64,000 nucleotides of DNA, from positions 800,001 to 864,000 of the forward strand of contig CAXXVZ010000005.1 in the NCBI GenBank assembly GCA_963678065.2, read 5' to 3'. The notes beneath the pieces are model-generated. The model made no database searches, was not told the origin of the DNA, and worked only from the letters and a program-made list of their open reading frames with translations. A program made the translations under genes and the position numbers. The DNA comes from Treponemataceae bacterium (GTDB lineage Bacteria > Spirochaetota > Spirochaetia > Treponematales > Rectinemataceae). Of this stretch, positions 23,698 to 35,430 are shown piece by piece. The stretch's first letter is position 1. Every line of letters starts with the position of its first letter.

Positions 23698-25241
23698 TCT
23701 TCGTGCCTCTGCGTATCGACGAGCGCGTCGAGGAATCGCTGATACTCGCTGACCGAGCGTGTGGCAACTAGTGGAAGGTCTCTGGTTTGATGAAGGCCGC
23801 GGTACGGCGAAGGCGCCACTGCGGGCACTGGCGTCGTGCTGTTGACCGCGTCGATGAGATCCTGGGCGCTTGCAAGTCCTCTATCCAGGCAGAACTTCAA
23901 TGCAAGCACGAGTTTCTCTCTGTCGATGTTGCGCTTGAGAAGCTTCCGAAGTCGGCCAGCGTGCTCCCGGAAGTAGCGTCGATACTCGGTATAGATACCA
24001 TCGACGAAGCTCCCCCACTCGGGAAGATCATCTACTGCGGCGACAAGATCCGCGCGGAGCGTTTCCTGGGATCCTTCGCGATCGCGATAGTGAGCCTTGT
24101 CCAGCACCGTTCCGCCGGGTGTTGCCGCTTCGCGATGCGCCGCGATCTGGATACCCGTCTTCGTATCGAATACCAGGATGAGTCCGTCCTTGCGCTCGAT
24201 AGTGACCTCGTTGAGCCGGTACGAGTTCGGCACCGAGTACCTGGTCGCGGCGATCGATATAAGGCTTTTCTGATCCACGTTACGGCTCTCTCGGCAGCCC
24301 GATGCGGTGTCCGCGCGGAAAATAGACGCTCGGAGCGCCCGCAAGATGGGTTTCTCGTGCGCTTCGAAGTCCGCGAGCGGCATGAGACGCGTGGCTTGGC
24401 TCAGTTTTGCGTTCACTCGTAAGAGCCATTTGCGCATGCCTGCCTGGAGTTCGTCGAAGGTCGCGAAGCTGCGGCTCGAGAAATAGCTCGTTTTGACGTA
24501 TTTGACCGCATTCTCGACCTTTCCTTTCGATTCCGGATCGGCCGCACGGCAGACACGAAGCCGCAGTCCCTGTTCTGCGACGAACTCAGCAAAGGCTTTT
24601 GTCGTCGTGAGGTCGCCAAGGTTTTCCGTCACAATCATTGTCCGGTCCTGATCCATGACGAGTTCTTCGGTGATACCGCCAAAAAACTCGAAGGCGTCCA
24701 GGAGATGGCCGATCACATCCTCGCTGGTAAAGGGCCTGGATTGGGCCGCTACGTAGCGGTAACGGCTTCGTGAGAGTACTACGACAACAAACCAAGCCTT
24801 TCCGATGTTCGTCGTCTCTACGCCGAAATCAATCTGAGCCTGCTTGCCGTAGGCCAGAGGCTCCACAGGACGATATTCCCGACACAGGCCCACCTTAATC
24901 GCACCGGATGCCTTGAGATACGTCAGGTAGTTCCGCAACGTACGGTCCGAGCCTGGAAGCTCTCCGTATTTCTCGCTTAAGTAGTCGTGGACGGACGATG
25001 AGTAGACCATTCTGCCTTCGTGGTTCTTTTTAAAAATCTCGAGGATTTCGTCCTTGTAGACCGAAAAAGCCTTACCGCGTTCTGCCATTCGCTCGAGATA
25101 CCGTAAGAATTGGTCATTGTCCATGCGCAGGTACTTTCTCACGGTCTTGCGGTCCTTGCCAAGTTTTACCGCTAGTGCGCTGACTGTGAGTCCTTGCCTG
25201 TGCCCTGTTCGTACGATGTTGTAGTCCTTCATGGTAATCAT
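23694..25241 (-). CDS. istA: IS21 transposase
   Basis: HTH N-terminus (DRKTVRKYL), QAQIDFG and SKGKVEN.V.Y motifs. Confidence 0.95.
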   Translation of the reverse strand: MITMKDYNIVRTGHRQGLTVSALAVKLGKDRKTVRKYLRMDNDQFLRYLERMAERGKAFSVYKDEILEIFKKNHEGRMVYSSSVHDYLSEKYGELPGSDRTLRNYLTYLKASGAIKVGLCREYRPVEPLAYGKQAQIDFGVETTNIGKAWFVVVVLSRSRYRYVAAQSRPFTSEDVIGHLLDAFEFFGGITEELVMDQDRTMIVTENLGDLTTTKAFAEFVAEQGLRLRVCRAADPESKGKVENAVKYVKTSYFSSRSFATFDELQAGMRKWLLRVNAKLSQATRLMPLADFEAHEKPILRALRASIFRADTASGCRESRNVDQKSLISIAATRYSVPNSYRLNEVTIERKDGLILVFDTKTGIQIAAHREAATPGGTVLDKAHYRDREGSQETLRADLVAAVDDLPEWGSFVDGIYTEYRRYFREHAGRLRKLLKRNIDREKLVLALKFCLDRGLASAQDLIDAVNSTTPVPAVAPSPYRGLHQTRDLPLVATRSVSEYQRFLDALVDTQRHEE

Positions 25242-25407
25242 TTCTTGTGCCGCATGCTCGCAAGCATAGCGGCCAAGGCCCCTGTGGGTGGGGAATCCTA
25301 TTTGCCAACTGCTGGGGAATTCAGTTTACCATTTCCAGCAGCAATGGCCGAAGAAGGAGCCACAGGCGACTGATGAGCGTGGGCAGCGCTGTTAGACGAC
25401 GTTTGGG

Positions 25408-25797
25408 CTAGTCTTCAGTACTTTTTTGTTTTGGAAAATACTTTACATCTTTCATATTTTCAAAATGTTTATCTTGCGTATACAAAACACCATTATTCTT
25501 TACGGTAATTGCATAAATTAGACTATCTGCCATCGGAAGTTTTTTTTCAATACTTATTTTTGCAGCATATAAGGCAATACCTTCATCAATATCAATAACA
25601 CTGCCTTGTTGCATGTGCGCAATTGCTATCAAGGCATTATCTTCATCTTTTTCAAGTTTGATTTTTTTAAATACTTCATATAATACAATTACTGGTACGA
25701 TTAGTTTATCAGTTTCTTCAATTGCTACGGAGAAATATTTTGCCCGATCACTTCCTGCGAAATATTCCAGCCATGCTGAAGAATCAACGACGTTCAT
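25408..25797 (-). CDS. vapC: VapC PIN-domain toxin
   Basis: VVDSSAWLEYF, MADSLI and TQDKHF motifs. Confidence 0.92.
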   Translation of the reverse strand: MNVVDSSAWLEYFAGSDRAKYFSVAIEETDKLIVPVIVLYEVFKKIKLEKDEDNALIAIAHMQQGSVIDIDEGIALYAAKISIEKKLPMADSLIYAITVKNNGVLYTQDKHFENMKDVKYFPKQKSTED

Positions 25798-26000
25798 AGT
25801 CTATCGGCCTCACGTATGATTGTGGTATCGATTCCCTTCAGAAATCCATGTAACTTTTTGATAGAATCTATTGGAATCATTTCTATTCTATTTCCATATG
25901 ATATGATCTCAACGGTTGTTCCAGCCTTCAGACCAGATTTTTCTCTAACCTCTTTCGGTATAACAACCTGAAATTTGGGGGATACTTTGACTGTGCTCAT
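25794..26000 (-). CDS. AbrB/MazE/SpoVT-type antitoxin
   Basis: VSPKFQVVIPKEVRE..GLKAG. A TTGACA-17-TATCCT promoter lies at 26049-26021. Confidence 0.9.
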   Translation of the reverse strand: MSTVKVSPKFQVVIPKEVREKSGLKAGTTVEIISYGNRIEMIPIDSIKKLHGFLKGIDTTIIREADRL

Positions 26001-26360
26001 ATGATTCCTCTCTTTCATAGAGGATACTCATCGTTTCATATTTTGTCAACCATAATCATGATCGATCAACATTATGTACTCATGTTTTGTTTATTATACT
26101 ATTATATAAGTAGTTAGATGTCATTTTCTTTTCTTCTAGCCCAAATGTCGTCTAACGTTCGCCTGCCTACGACGTTGTGGCGAGCATCGGCGAGCCACAA
26201 TGTGCCTGAGCGGAACGAGCGCATGCGAGTGAAACGAAGGCCGAAGAAGGAGCCGCAGGCGACTGATGAGCGTGGGCAGTGCTGTTAGGCGAAGTATTGA
26301 TTCCGTACTTTTTCAAATATCTTCGCGCCGAACGGCTGGAAGCCGAGGCGCGAAGATTCA

Positions 26361-28610
26361 TTATTTCATTAACCAATCATTTAATTCTTTGATAAATTGC
26401 TTCATCGCTTCATCATCAAATGCAGGTGTATGCCCCATAGTATCTATGTACCTATATTCAAAGTTCGTGTTTTGTATATTTTTTTGAAGATATTCTACAG
26501 ACTCTACTGGACTGCTCCAATCAAGTCTACCTTGGTAAAACAGTACTGGAATTTTTATCGCTGAATAATACTCATATGGTCTATATTTAAAAAAACTGTT
26601 CCATCGTAAATATGACCATCCCATATATTGCTTTTCAATGGATTCTGGATAAGTGTTAATTTCGTTTACTATTTCATCGACTTTTTTGCATTCATCCCTA
26701 TAATTCTCAGGCATTTCGATACTTGATTTTGCCAATATTCTAAAGCATTCGTATTGATCGAGCCCACCAGCTCCAATCACTATTGCCTTTTTAATTCTAT
26801 CTCTTTGGTTGAGTTCAGCATATACTTTTGGTAACAGTAAACCGCCTTCCGATGCCCCTATTATATAAACATTCTCATATTCACTATGTTTTGCTAAGTA
26901 TGCATCTATACTTTTGCAATAGGACTTTACCAGATTATCAACAGTATAGTTTTTCAGGAAAGCCGAATCATTTGAATGATTCTCCCCTATTCCAATAAAT
27001 AGTTTTTCAGGAATAGCAATTCGGTATGTATGACCAAAATACTTTGAAATGAAGTATCCGAAATTGACTGAAATCCATTTACCTTTTTGTTTTTCTCCTA
27101 ATACTGAAGCAGTTCCACTTCCTTCAAGATAAATTAGTAGGTCTTTACTGTTTGCTCCAACTTGATAAAGATGCGTTTTATCATATTCTTCAATTTTCAA
27201 ATTGCTATAGACGCTTTTTGTAGTAACACACGAACTAAGCAATAGAATACTCAAGATTAGGCATCGCGCCAAAATAATTTGACTGCTTTTATTCTTTAGT
27301 CGGAAGCAAAGCATAGTTCCAATCGCCATGGAATTTTGCCTGCTTAATGTTCAGGGCAGCAAGTTCTTCATCACTAACCTTGATCCCGAGTGGATACGAA
27401 CCTGAATCCAATTCTGCGCATATTTTCAGTCCCGCTGCAGTGGTTGTATTTGCAATCAATTGAATAATTACCTCGTGGCTAATCAACGGTCGGCCTCGCC
27501 AGTTCTGAGTGATATGGCAAAACATTCGGTGCTCGATTTTATTCCATTTGCTGGTACCTGGTGGAAAGTGACACACGTGAATTGACATTCCAAGCTGATT
27601 CGCTAATTCGTGCAATGCAAGTTTCCAGAGCCGACATCGACTACCGTTGCTGCCACCACCATCAGCGGTAATCAGCAATTCTTTTGCAGTACGATACCGT
27701 TTCACACCCATTTTTTCCCACCAACGTCGGATGGCTTCGGCAGCAAAATGTGCGGTATCGTGGTCGATTCCTACACTGACCCAGCCCTTGTTTTCGCTTA
27801 TATCGAAGACTCCGTATGGTATGGCCTTGCCCAGCTCTGTATCAATGAAGTCATGAACCATTACAGATTCCGGTTCACCTTTGGGACGCCATTCTCGTCC
27901 TCCATTTCGAAATTCCCCAATCAATTCTTTCTTTTTCGTATCTACCGAGATAACTGGATTCCCTTTACGCTGAAACCGCTTGACCATGGTGTTGATATAC
28001 TCAAACTGCGCATTTCGATCCGGATGCGACGTTCCTTCTTTGGTCTTCCGATTGCTCTGTAGACTGTAGCCTTCCGCGTTCAGTAGCCGTCCAACCGTGC
28101 GCGGGCTTACTGTGTGCCCTTGTCGTGTAAGCGTATCTGCAAGATTACTGGTGCTCAGGCACGTCCACTGTAGTGGCGACTCTGGATCACCCCGTGTCAT
28201 TGGTTCAATTAAGCTCGTAAGTTTTTCCCTTAACTCGGGATCGTTTTCACTGCATCGTTTTCTTCCACCGCCTGGGAAACGTACGCGAGTGCGTATCTTC
28301 TCGTGCGGATTACTTTCGCGTAATGCCAGCTCATTCATTCCTTTGCGTATTGTGTTCGGCGACATCTTAATCGCGGTATTGACTGCCTGTATCCCACCAC
28401 GACCATACGCTCTTGCTTCAGCCGCCGCCCATTGACGTCGCATTCGTTCATCCATCATGGGCACAAGTGCGTTGTACTTGGAAGCTATTTGTTTTACCGT
28501 TGCCTGATCTTGCATACTTCATTATAATATAATCAATATATTAGTCAAGTTATTTTGACGCATTGCCTTACTGCACTAAAAACGAAGTTGAGCTGTTTAT
28601 ATGTCTTCAT
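26361..28610 (-). pseudogene. Alpha/beta-hydrolase lipoprotein, ISAzo13 inserted in its signal peptide
   Basis: GASEG nucleophile elbow, QG..D and GH motifs. The IS-free allele is at 1-421. Confidence 0.85.
27260..28567 (-). mobile_element. ISAzo13-family IS copy 2; transposase 27289-28515
   Basis: Same transposase as copy 1; TSD TTA. Confidence 0.93.
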
Positions 28611-28872
28611 GATTTATAAACAATTATGTATTCGAATTGTTACTACAAATTGTTCGAGCCCGACGGCCGGAGGCCCGGGTGAGACCTAAAACACTTTAGC
28701 AAGGAATCAATATTTCGCCTAACGTTTTGTGCCTCTGACGTGTGCGTCCGCACAGGCGGGCGCACATGTGCCTGAGTGGAGTGAGCGAATGCGAGCGTAA
28801 CGAAGGCCGAAGAGCCCTGAAAGGGCGATGAGCAGGGGCACGGTGTTAGGCGAAGTAATGTGGAAATCTCAA

Positions 28873-29502
28873 TTATTTGCCCCTCCACTTAAATGCCCTT
28901 CTATATCCCTCCATCTCAGCATCTGAAATATTATATTTGTAGATTATTTTATCACTATTTTTCATAATGATATTATCATATTGTTGATCCATCGGGAGGT
29001 GATAAATAAAAGTCTTATTACCATAATCATCTCGTCCAATATGACACTTTATCATTGGGTAATCGGGAATATCTATATTCTCTTCGAATCTTACATTTAA
29101 TGCATTTGCAAATGCCTTTGCGACACTAGATAATTCAGTATGAGTAATAAAATAACCTTTTATTGTTCTTTTTTCTTCAGGATGCTCAAGTTTATATAAA
29201 ATAGTAGTTCCATACAATTGAGCTATATGTTTTTCATGAATCATTTTAGCTTTTGCCCAATACTTGCATTGAATTATTAATATTTCTTTTTCATTATGCG
29301 CAATTAAATCACGCCCTAAATCTTCAAGTTTTTTGTGTATTCCATAATATTCTACCAAATATTTATTATTTTCAAACCTATATCCAATGTATCTTTCAAA
29401 ATCTCTTCCAATTTCCCATCTCTTTTTTTTACGATTTTTGTATATTTCTAGAGCAAGAATACTTTTATCAACATTCGTAAGTTCTTTAAAATCTATACTA
29501 TT
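28873..29502 (-). pseudogene. Mrr-like/PD-(D/E)xK restriction endonuclease domain, 5'-truncated by IS
   Basis: GRDFERYIG...DLGRDLIA...IIQCKYW. The frame stays open up to the IS end. Confidence 0.75.
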
Positions 29503-30897
29503 GAGGCTCTTTCAAAAGTCATGAGATGAACGAATTTTAATGAAAAGCGGGGACAGAACCTGTATGATGATGTTGCAACACAAACGTCACCAGGAGGAGC
29601 CCCCGCTGATGAAAACCATACCAGAAATACTGGGCGGAGCGCAAATACTTTTGCCGATTTCCTACGATATCCAGCGATGTTTCGAAGAATATCTCACCGA
29701 CGAGCATCGCTTTTTTATCGCCCTGCTCAGAGTCATTGAAGATGCTCAGCCACGGATTACATCACCATGTGCACGGACTGGCCGTCCTCCACATCGGAAC
29801 GAACCGATCATGCGGGCGTTTTTCGCCCGAACGGTATTCCACATAGCGACAGTCACGGACCTTAGGAACAGGCTGATCAACGATCCGAATCTGCGGAGGA
29901 TATGCGGCTTCACCTCCGTTCCAAGCTCTGCGACCTTTTCGCGTCGCTACGCGGAGTTTTCAAAAAAGACTCCGCTGATTCAGACTTTGAATACCATGGT
30001 GAAGGATTGTCATGACGGCCATATCGTCGGACACATAAATCGGGATGCGACGGAGATACGAGCACGAGAAAAACCTGTACCTGCCAAACGTGAAGCTGTT
30101 TCTTCCGTGACACCGCAACGGAAACGAGGTCGTCCCCGAAAAGGAGAAGTTCGGCCTGTGAAGGAGCCGACACAGATAGAAAAGCAAGTCGGCCAAAGCG
30201 TCAGGAAATCCTTGTCAGAACTATCCAAAGACTGTGCATGGGGATGCAAGAAGAACAGCCAGGGGAATAGGGAAACATGGAAAGGATACAAGTTGCACCT
30301 TGATGTCAGCGACACAGGATTCCCTATTTCAGCAGTCGTAACCGGCGCCAATGTTCATGATTCGCAAGTAGCGATTCCTCTGGAAAAGATAACAGAGAAA
30401 AAGGTCCGACATCTGTATTCAGTCATGGACGCTGCATACGATGCGGATCCCATCGCGACCTATATCCAGGGACGTGGGCGTGTTCCGCTGATTGATCGGA
30501 ATACGCGTCGTGGGACGGAACGGGAACCATTTTCGCCGTCACAGAAGGAGCGGTACACAATCAGGACAACGGTTGAACGTGCAAACTCGCATTTGAAGGA
30601 TTGGCTCATACCGGGTCAGATATTTGTACGGGGATTTGAGAAAGTATCATTCCTGCTCATGTGCGGGGTAGTGGTTCTGGCGGCCGTCAAGGCTTTGCAG
30701 TACTTCATCCTTCCCGAACTGCAGAAATCGTAACCGGGCAATCCGGCAGAACCGGATTTTGTAGGGGTAGTCCATCTTTTGCACTGAAAAGAGAGCCCTT
30801 TTTACTGCACATGTAATTTTTACTGTGCAAAAACGAAGCTTCAGTTACAATAACTCGCTTTTTTACAAAGCGGATTACGAAGTTTTGAAAAAGCCTC
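29503..30897 (+). mobile_element. IS5/IS1182-like IS copy 2; transposase 29540-30733
   Basis: Same as 7555-8949. Flanks TATT/TATG do not form a TSD. Confidence 0.9.
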
Positions 30898-31112
30898 TAT
30901 GTTGATTCATTAATTCTATTTTTTAGCAGAACCCATGAAAATATTCCACTTGCAATCAATGATGCACCTATTGATTCAATAATCTGCTTTATATGATTAG
31001 TTATATCAGTATATATATTCCAAATTAATGGGAATAGACATAACAACAGTCCAATAAGGAAAATAATCGCTGATAATAAATTTTCAGTTCTTTGTCTACT
31101 ATTCATTTTCAT
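30898..31112 (-). pseudogene. N-terminal fragment of a two-TM membrane protein, cut by IS
   Basis: Two hydrophobic segments; the ORF ends at the IS boundary. Confidence 0.65.
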
Positions 31113-31456
31113 CTCCAATCTAATTACGCCTAACGTTCGCCTGCCTACGACGTTGTGGCGAGCATCGGCGAGCCACAATGTGCCTGAGCGGAATGAGCGA
31201 TAGCGAGTGCAGCGATGGCCGAAGAAGGAGCCGAAAGGCGACTGATGAGCGTGGGCAGTGCTGTTAGGCGATTTAAGGCGCGATCTTCTATTCCAATTCC
31301 CCATTCTTTGCCTATTCACTTTTTAGTTATACATTACAACTATGTTTGCAATTACAACAAATGATATTCGGTTTATTTATACCTATGACTTATTTATTAT
31401 TTCTATATTCAATAATGAATAATAATCATAGGTACAAATATTCTGGATCTCAGATC

Positions 31457-31807
31457 CTAATACCTGATACTCTCTTTTGCCAGCTCATCTTCAACTGCTT
31501 TTTGGATGAATTGATTCAAAGACAGTCCCATCTGTACTGCCGTTCGTTTCACCTTTCTATGTAAGTCCGATGGTATTCGTACGTTAAAACTTCCCTTATA
31601 TGATTTTTCTATATCTTTATTTCCCCTTTTGCATATATCCACATAATCTTCAACTGCCTCTTCAAATGCCATCTTGAGTTCATTGACGCTTTTGCCTTCA
31701 AATGAGATTAAATCTTCAATTCCTTCAATTTTCCCATAAAAGACTTCATCTTCAGCATTGAAATGGACTGATCCTATATATTCTTTGTACATCATCACAT
31801 CTTTCAT
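31457..31807 (-). CDS. hicB: HicB family antitoxin
   Basis: YK.YIGSV, F..AVEDY and YKGSFNVRI motifs. Confidence 0.93.
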   Translation of the reverse strand: MKDVMMYKEYIGSVHFNAEDEVFYGKIEGIEDLISFEGKSVNELKMAFEEAVEDYVDICKRGNKDIEKSYKGSFNVRIPSDLHRKVKRTAVQMGLSLNQFIQKAVEDELAKESIRY

Positions 31808-32061
31808 ATGATCCCCCTTCCCTCTAGTTCTTCCCGAATGAGATCAATTTGATACATTTTTAACTCATTCCCTGGATGTGGCTTATGGAGCCTTATACTA
31901 TGTTTCGTCTTCTCATTATAAAACGCTACTCGTGATCCAGAAGTCTTGCCTTGTTGATCTTCGCTATATCCAAAGCTCTTAAGCATTTTACGTAATTCAT
32001 CATATGTAAAATTTTTAGGTCGAGCGAGAAATCGCTTCACAAGCTTTTCATCTTTGCTCAT
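31804..32061 (-). CDS. hicA: HicA family toxin
   Basis: GKTSGSRV.F and LHKPHP motifs. Start reassigned to MSKDEKL. Confidence 0.92.
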   Translation of the reverse strand: MSKDEKLVKRFLARPKNFTYDELRKMLKSFGYSEDQQGKTSGSRVAFYNEKTKHSIRLHKPHPGNELKMYQIDLIREELEGRGII

Positions 32062-32271
32062 ATAGCAATGTACCATAAATTCAGGAGAATAGCAACTATT
32101 TTTCAGTTGCATACATCGTATTCTCTCGCGCCTTATTTCGCCTAACGTTCTGCCTGTTTGCGACGATGGCGCGAGCATCGGCGAGCGCCATTGTGCCTGA
32201 GCGGAATGAGCGCATGCGAGTGCAGCGATGGCCGAAGAGGGAGCCTGCGACCGATGAGCGTGAACAGCGCT

Positions 32272-32662
32272 GTTAGTTGCAGTCGTGACCTTCGAGCGCG
32301 CTTGGATGGGGAGACTTGTCTCTCCATCCAATACTCTATCTTGCGCGCGTTCTTCTCTTCCTCTTTTCTTACCCTTATTTTTTCTTTCACGATTGCAACT
32401 AACGTTCTGCCTGTTTGCGACGATGGCGCGAGCATCGGCGAGCGCCATTGTGCCTGAGCGGAATGAGCGATAGCGAGTGCAGCGATGGCCGAAGAGGGAG
32501 CCTGCGACCGATGAGCGTGAACAGCGCTGTTAGTTGCAGTCGTGACCTTCAAGCGCGCTTGGATGGGGAGACTTGTCTCCTCATCCAATACTATATCTTG
32601 CGCGCGTTCTTCTCTTTCTCTTTTCTTAACCCTTATTTTTCTCTTTCACGATTGCAACTAAC
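32272..32662. repeat. Two tandem family A mini-cassettes
   Basis: 32272-32403 and 32529-32662. Confidence 0.92.
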
Positions 32663-32868
32663 GTTCGCCTGCCTACGACGTTGTGGCGAGCATCGGCGAG
32701 CCACAATGTGCCTGAGCGGAATGAGCGTCAGCGAGTGCAGCGATGGCCGAAGAAGGAGCCGAAAGGCGACTGATGAGCGTGGGCAGTGCTGTTAGCCGCT
32801 GCCACCTTCGTGTCATCCCAATACTATGTACTTGCTTATAGCAAGCTTTATGTGTATCATTCGTCTAT

Positions 32869-33303
32869 ATGAGTAGTATCAATGCGGTAAAAGACGTCAG
32901 AACATTTAACCGTTTCTATACCAACATCATTGGCGTTATTGACCGTCATATCCTCGATAGTCCGTATTCATTGACTGAAGCAAGAATTCTCTATGAAATC
33001 TATAATAACCATACTATGACAGCTCGAAAAATAAAGAAGTATCTCCACATTGATGAAGGTTATCTGAGTCATGCACTAGAAAAAATGATCAAGAATGGCT
33101 TACTCATACGACAAAAATCCAAAGATGATAGAAGACTCAATCTCTTATCCTTAACTCAGAAGGGTGAAACTGAGTTTTTAGCACTAAGTTTGCGTTCTGA
33201 ACATGCAATTGCATCCCTTATCAAAGATCTGACCGGTAATGAACTAGAAAGGCTCACAGCTGCAATGCGGGAAATTACGTTTTTACTCACCAAAGAGGGG
33301 TAA
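32869..33303 (+). CDS. MarR family regulator (inverted cassette)
   Basis: RTFNRFYT, SLTEARILYE and DDRR...LSLTQKG motifs. Confidence 0.9.
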   Translation: MSSINAVKDVRTFNRFYTNIIGVIDRHILDSPYSLTEARILYEIYNNHTMTARKIKKYLHIDEGYLSHALEKMIKNGLLIRQKSKDDRRLNLLSLTQKGETEFLALSLRSEHAIASLIKDLTGNELERLTAAMREITFLLTKEG

Positions 33304-33307
33304 TCTT

Positions 33308-33805
33308 ATGGTAACACTGGATGATATCACGATTCGAAATGAATTAGTGCCCGGCGACATTGGTTATATAATCTATCTGCATGGACTGCTGTATAGTACA
33401 GAAAATGCTTATGGACTTCAATTTGAAGCATATGTAACCGAAGGTTTGTTAGAATTTGTAAAAAGATACGATCCCTCTATAGATCGTGTATGGGTATGTG
33501 AACACAATACCCATATTGTAGGATTTATTTTGCTCATGCATCGCGATAACAATGCAGCTCAACTACGCTATTTCCTTATCCATCCGCAGTATCGGGGTAT
33601 TGGCTTAGGGAAAAGGCTTATTGAGTTGTATATGCAATTCTTACATCACTGTAACTACAGTACATCATATCTTTGGACAACCACTGAGCAGAAAACCGCT
33701 ATATCCTTATATAGGAGATATGGATTTTGTTTAACCGAGGAAAAAAAGTCATCGTTATTCGGGAAACCTTTACGTGAACAACGTTTTGACTTGGTTATTC
33801 GGTAG
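33308..33805 (+). CDS. GNAT N-acetyltransferase coupled to MarR
   Basis: PGDIG, AQLRYFL..P.YRGIGLG and LY...GF motifs. Confidence 0.9.
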   Translation: MVTLDDITIRNELVPGDIGYIIYLHGLLYSTENAYGLQFEAYVTEGLLEFVKRYDPSIDRVWVCEHNTHIVGFILLMHRDNNAAQLRYFLIHPQYRGIGLGKRLIELYMQFLHHCNYSTSYLWTTTEQKTAISLYRRYGFCLTEEKKSSLFGKPLREQRFDLVIR

Positions 33806-33961
33806 AGTTTGGGGGCTCGAAGGTGGTTGCGGCTAACGTTCTGCCTGTTTGCGACGATGGCGCGAGCATCGGCGAGCGCCATTGTGCCTGAGCGGAATGA
33901 GCAGAGCGAGTGCAGCGATGGCCGAAGAGGGAGCTTGCGACCGATGAGCGTGAACAGCGCT

Positions 33962-34608
33962 GTTAGTTGCAGTCGTGACCTTCGAGCGCGCTTGGATGGG
34001 GAGACTTGTCTCTCCATCCAATACTCTATCTTGCGCGCGTTCTTCTCTTCTTCTTCTCTTACCCTTATTTTTTTCTTTCACGATTGCAACTAACGTTCTG
34101 CCTGTTTGCGACGATGGCGTGAGCATCGGCGAACGCCATTGTGCCTGAGCGGAATGAGCGAATGCGAGTGTAGCGATGGCCGAAGAGGGAGCCTGCGACC
34201 GATGAGCGTGAACAGCGCTGTTAGTTGCAGTCGTGACCTTCGAGCGCGCTTGGATGGGGAGACTTGTCTCCTCATCCAATACTATATCTTGCGCGCGTTC
34301 TTCTCTTCCTCTTCTCTTACCCTTATTTTTTTCTTTCACGATTGCAACTAACGTTCTGCCTGTTTGCGACGATGGCGTGAGCATCGGCGAACGCCATTGT
34401 GCCTGAGCGGAATGAGCAAAGCGAGTGTAGCGATGGCCGAAGAGGGAGCTTGCGACCGATGAGCGTGAACAGCGCTGTTAGTTGCAGTCGTGACCTTCGA
34501 GCGCGCTTGGATGGGGAGACTTGTCTCCTCATCCAATACTCTATCTTGCGCGCGTTCTTCTCTTCCTCTTCTCTTACCCTTATTTTTTCTTTCACGATTG
34601 CAACTAAC
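33962..34608. repeat. Three tandem family A mini-cassettes
   Basis: 33962-34094, 34220-34352 and 34477-34608. Confidence 0.93.
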
Positions 34609-34735
34609 GTTTGCCTGCCTACGACGTTGTGGCGAGCATCGGCGAGCCACAATGTGCCTGAGCAGAATGAGCGACAGCGAGTGCAGCGATGGCCGAAGAA
34701 GGAGCTGAAGGCGACTGATGAGCGTGGGCAGTGCT

Positions 34736-35348
34736 GTTATGTGCTGTGTTTTTGGGGCACACCCTGTTTCTTCTCTTCATTTCTATAATTCTTATTCCTT
34801 TACTCTTAACCCTTTATCTTTGCATTTTAATACTTTATTCAGATACATACGCACTTTATTTCTCTATACCATAGTTATTTATTTACTTTGACAGTGCCTC
34901 TTTTCTTATATCCTACTACCTATATATTTTATCCTTAAATTCATATTTACGTTTTCGACTATTATAGTTCAGTACATGTTTTTCGATGTTTCCAATTCAA
35001 AAATCTACCATTTTTACTCATAAACCATATAGTAATAATGCCACTACTCAATATGTTTCTATACTTCAAAAATCACATTTTTTAGATTCAAATAGTTCAT
35101 GAGAAAAACAGCAGCATCTTCGAAAGGCGTTTTGAAATCTATGATAATCCTATACCCAGAAATCCTATTTTTTATCTATACCATTTTTGTACTGCATATA
35201 CTACCAACACTGAATATAGCACTGATCCACAATTACTACAGAATTGTGTATAAACCCAATATCAGAAGATTCTATTTTTGAATGCTCTGACGTCATTCAG
35301 AATCATATAGTTTCGCACGAGATCCGCCCCAAAAACATTGCACATAAC
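34736..35348. other. Long gene-less cassette, copy 2
   Basis: Near-identical to 13652-14264, with the same attC variant on its left. Confidence 0.8.
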
Positions 35349-35430
35349 GTTTGCCTGCCTACGACGTTGTGGCGAGCATCGGCGAGCCACAATGTGCCTG
35401 AGCGGAACGAGCGCATGCGAGTGCAGCAAT

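Larger units (their letters stand above)
22896..25337 (-). mobile_element. IS21-family IS (2442 bp) inserted inside an attC
   Basis: TG...CA ends, ~50-bp imperfect TIR with repeated tggcaa...ccccac motifs, 8-bp TSD GCAGCAAT, istA-istB pair. Confidence 0.95.

Noticed and set aside
23332..24795. Antisense and alternate-frame ORFs within IS21 and the other IS elements
   Set aside because: They are shadow ORFs of GC-rich transposase genes with no recognisable motifs.
22896..25337. IstA/IstB as a Tn7-like or CRISPR-associated transposon
   Set aside because: It is a plain two-gene IS21 with no TniQ, Cas or cargo genes.
26361..27329. ORF starts MAIGTMLCFRL... (also 17805-18095), MSPVNWGS... (3206), MKEPRE... 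(7567) and MQLPRAI... (61668)
   Set aside because: These N-termini come from IS ends fused to interrupted cassette genes.
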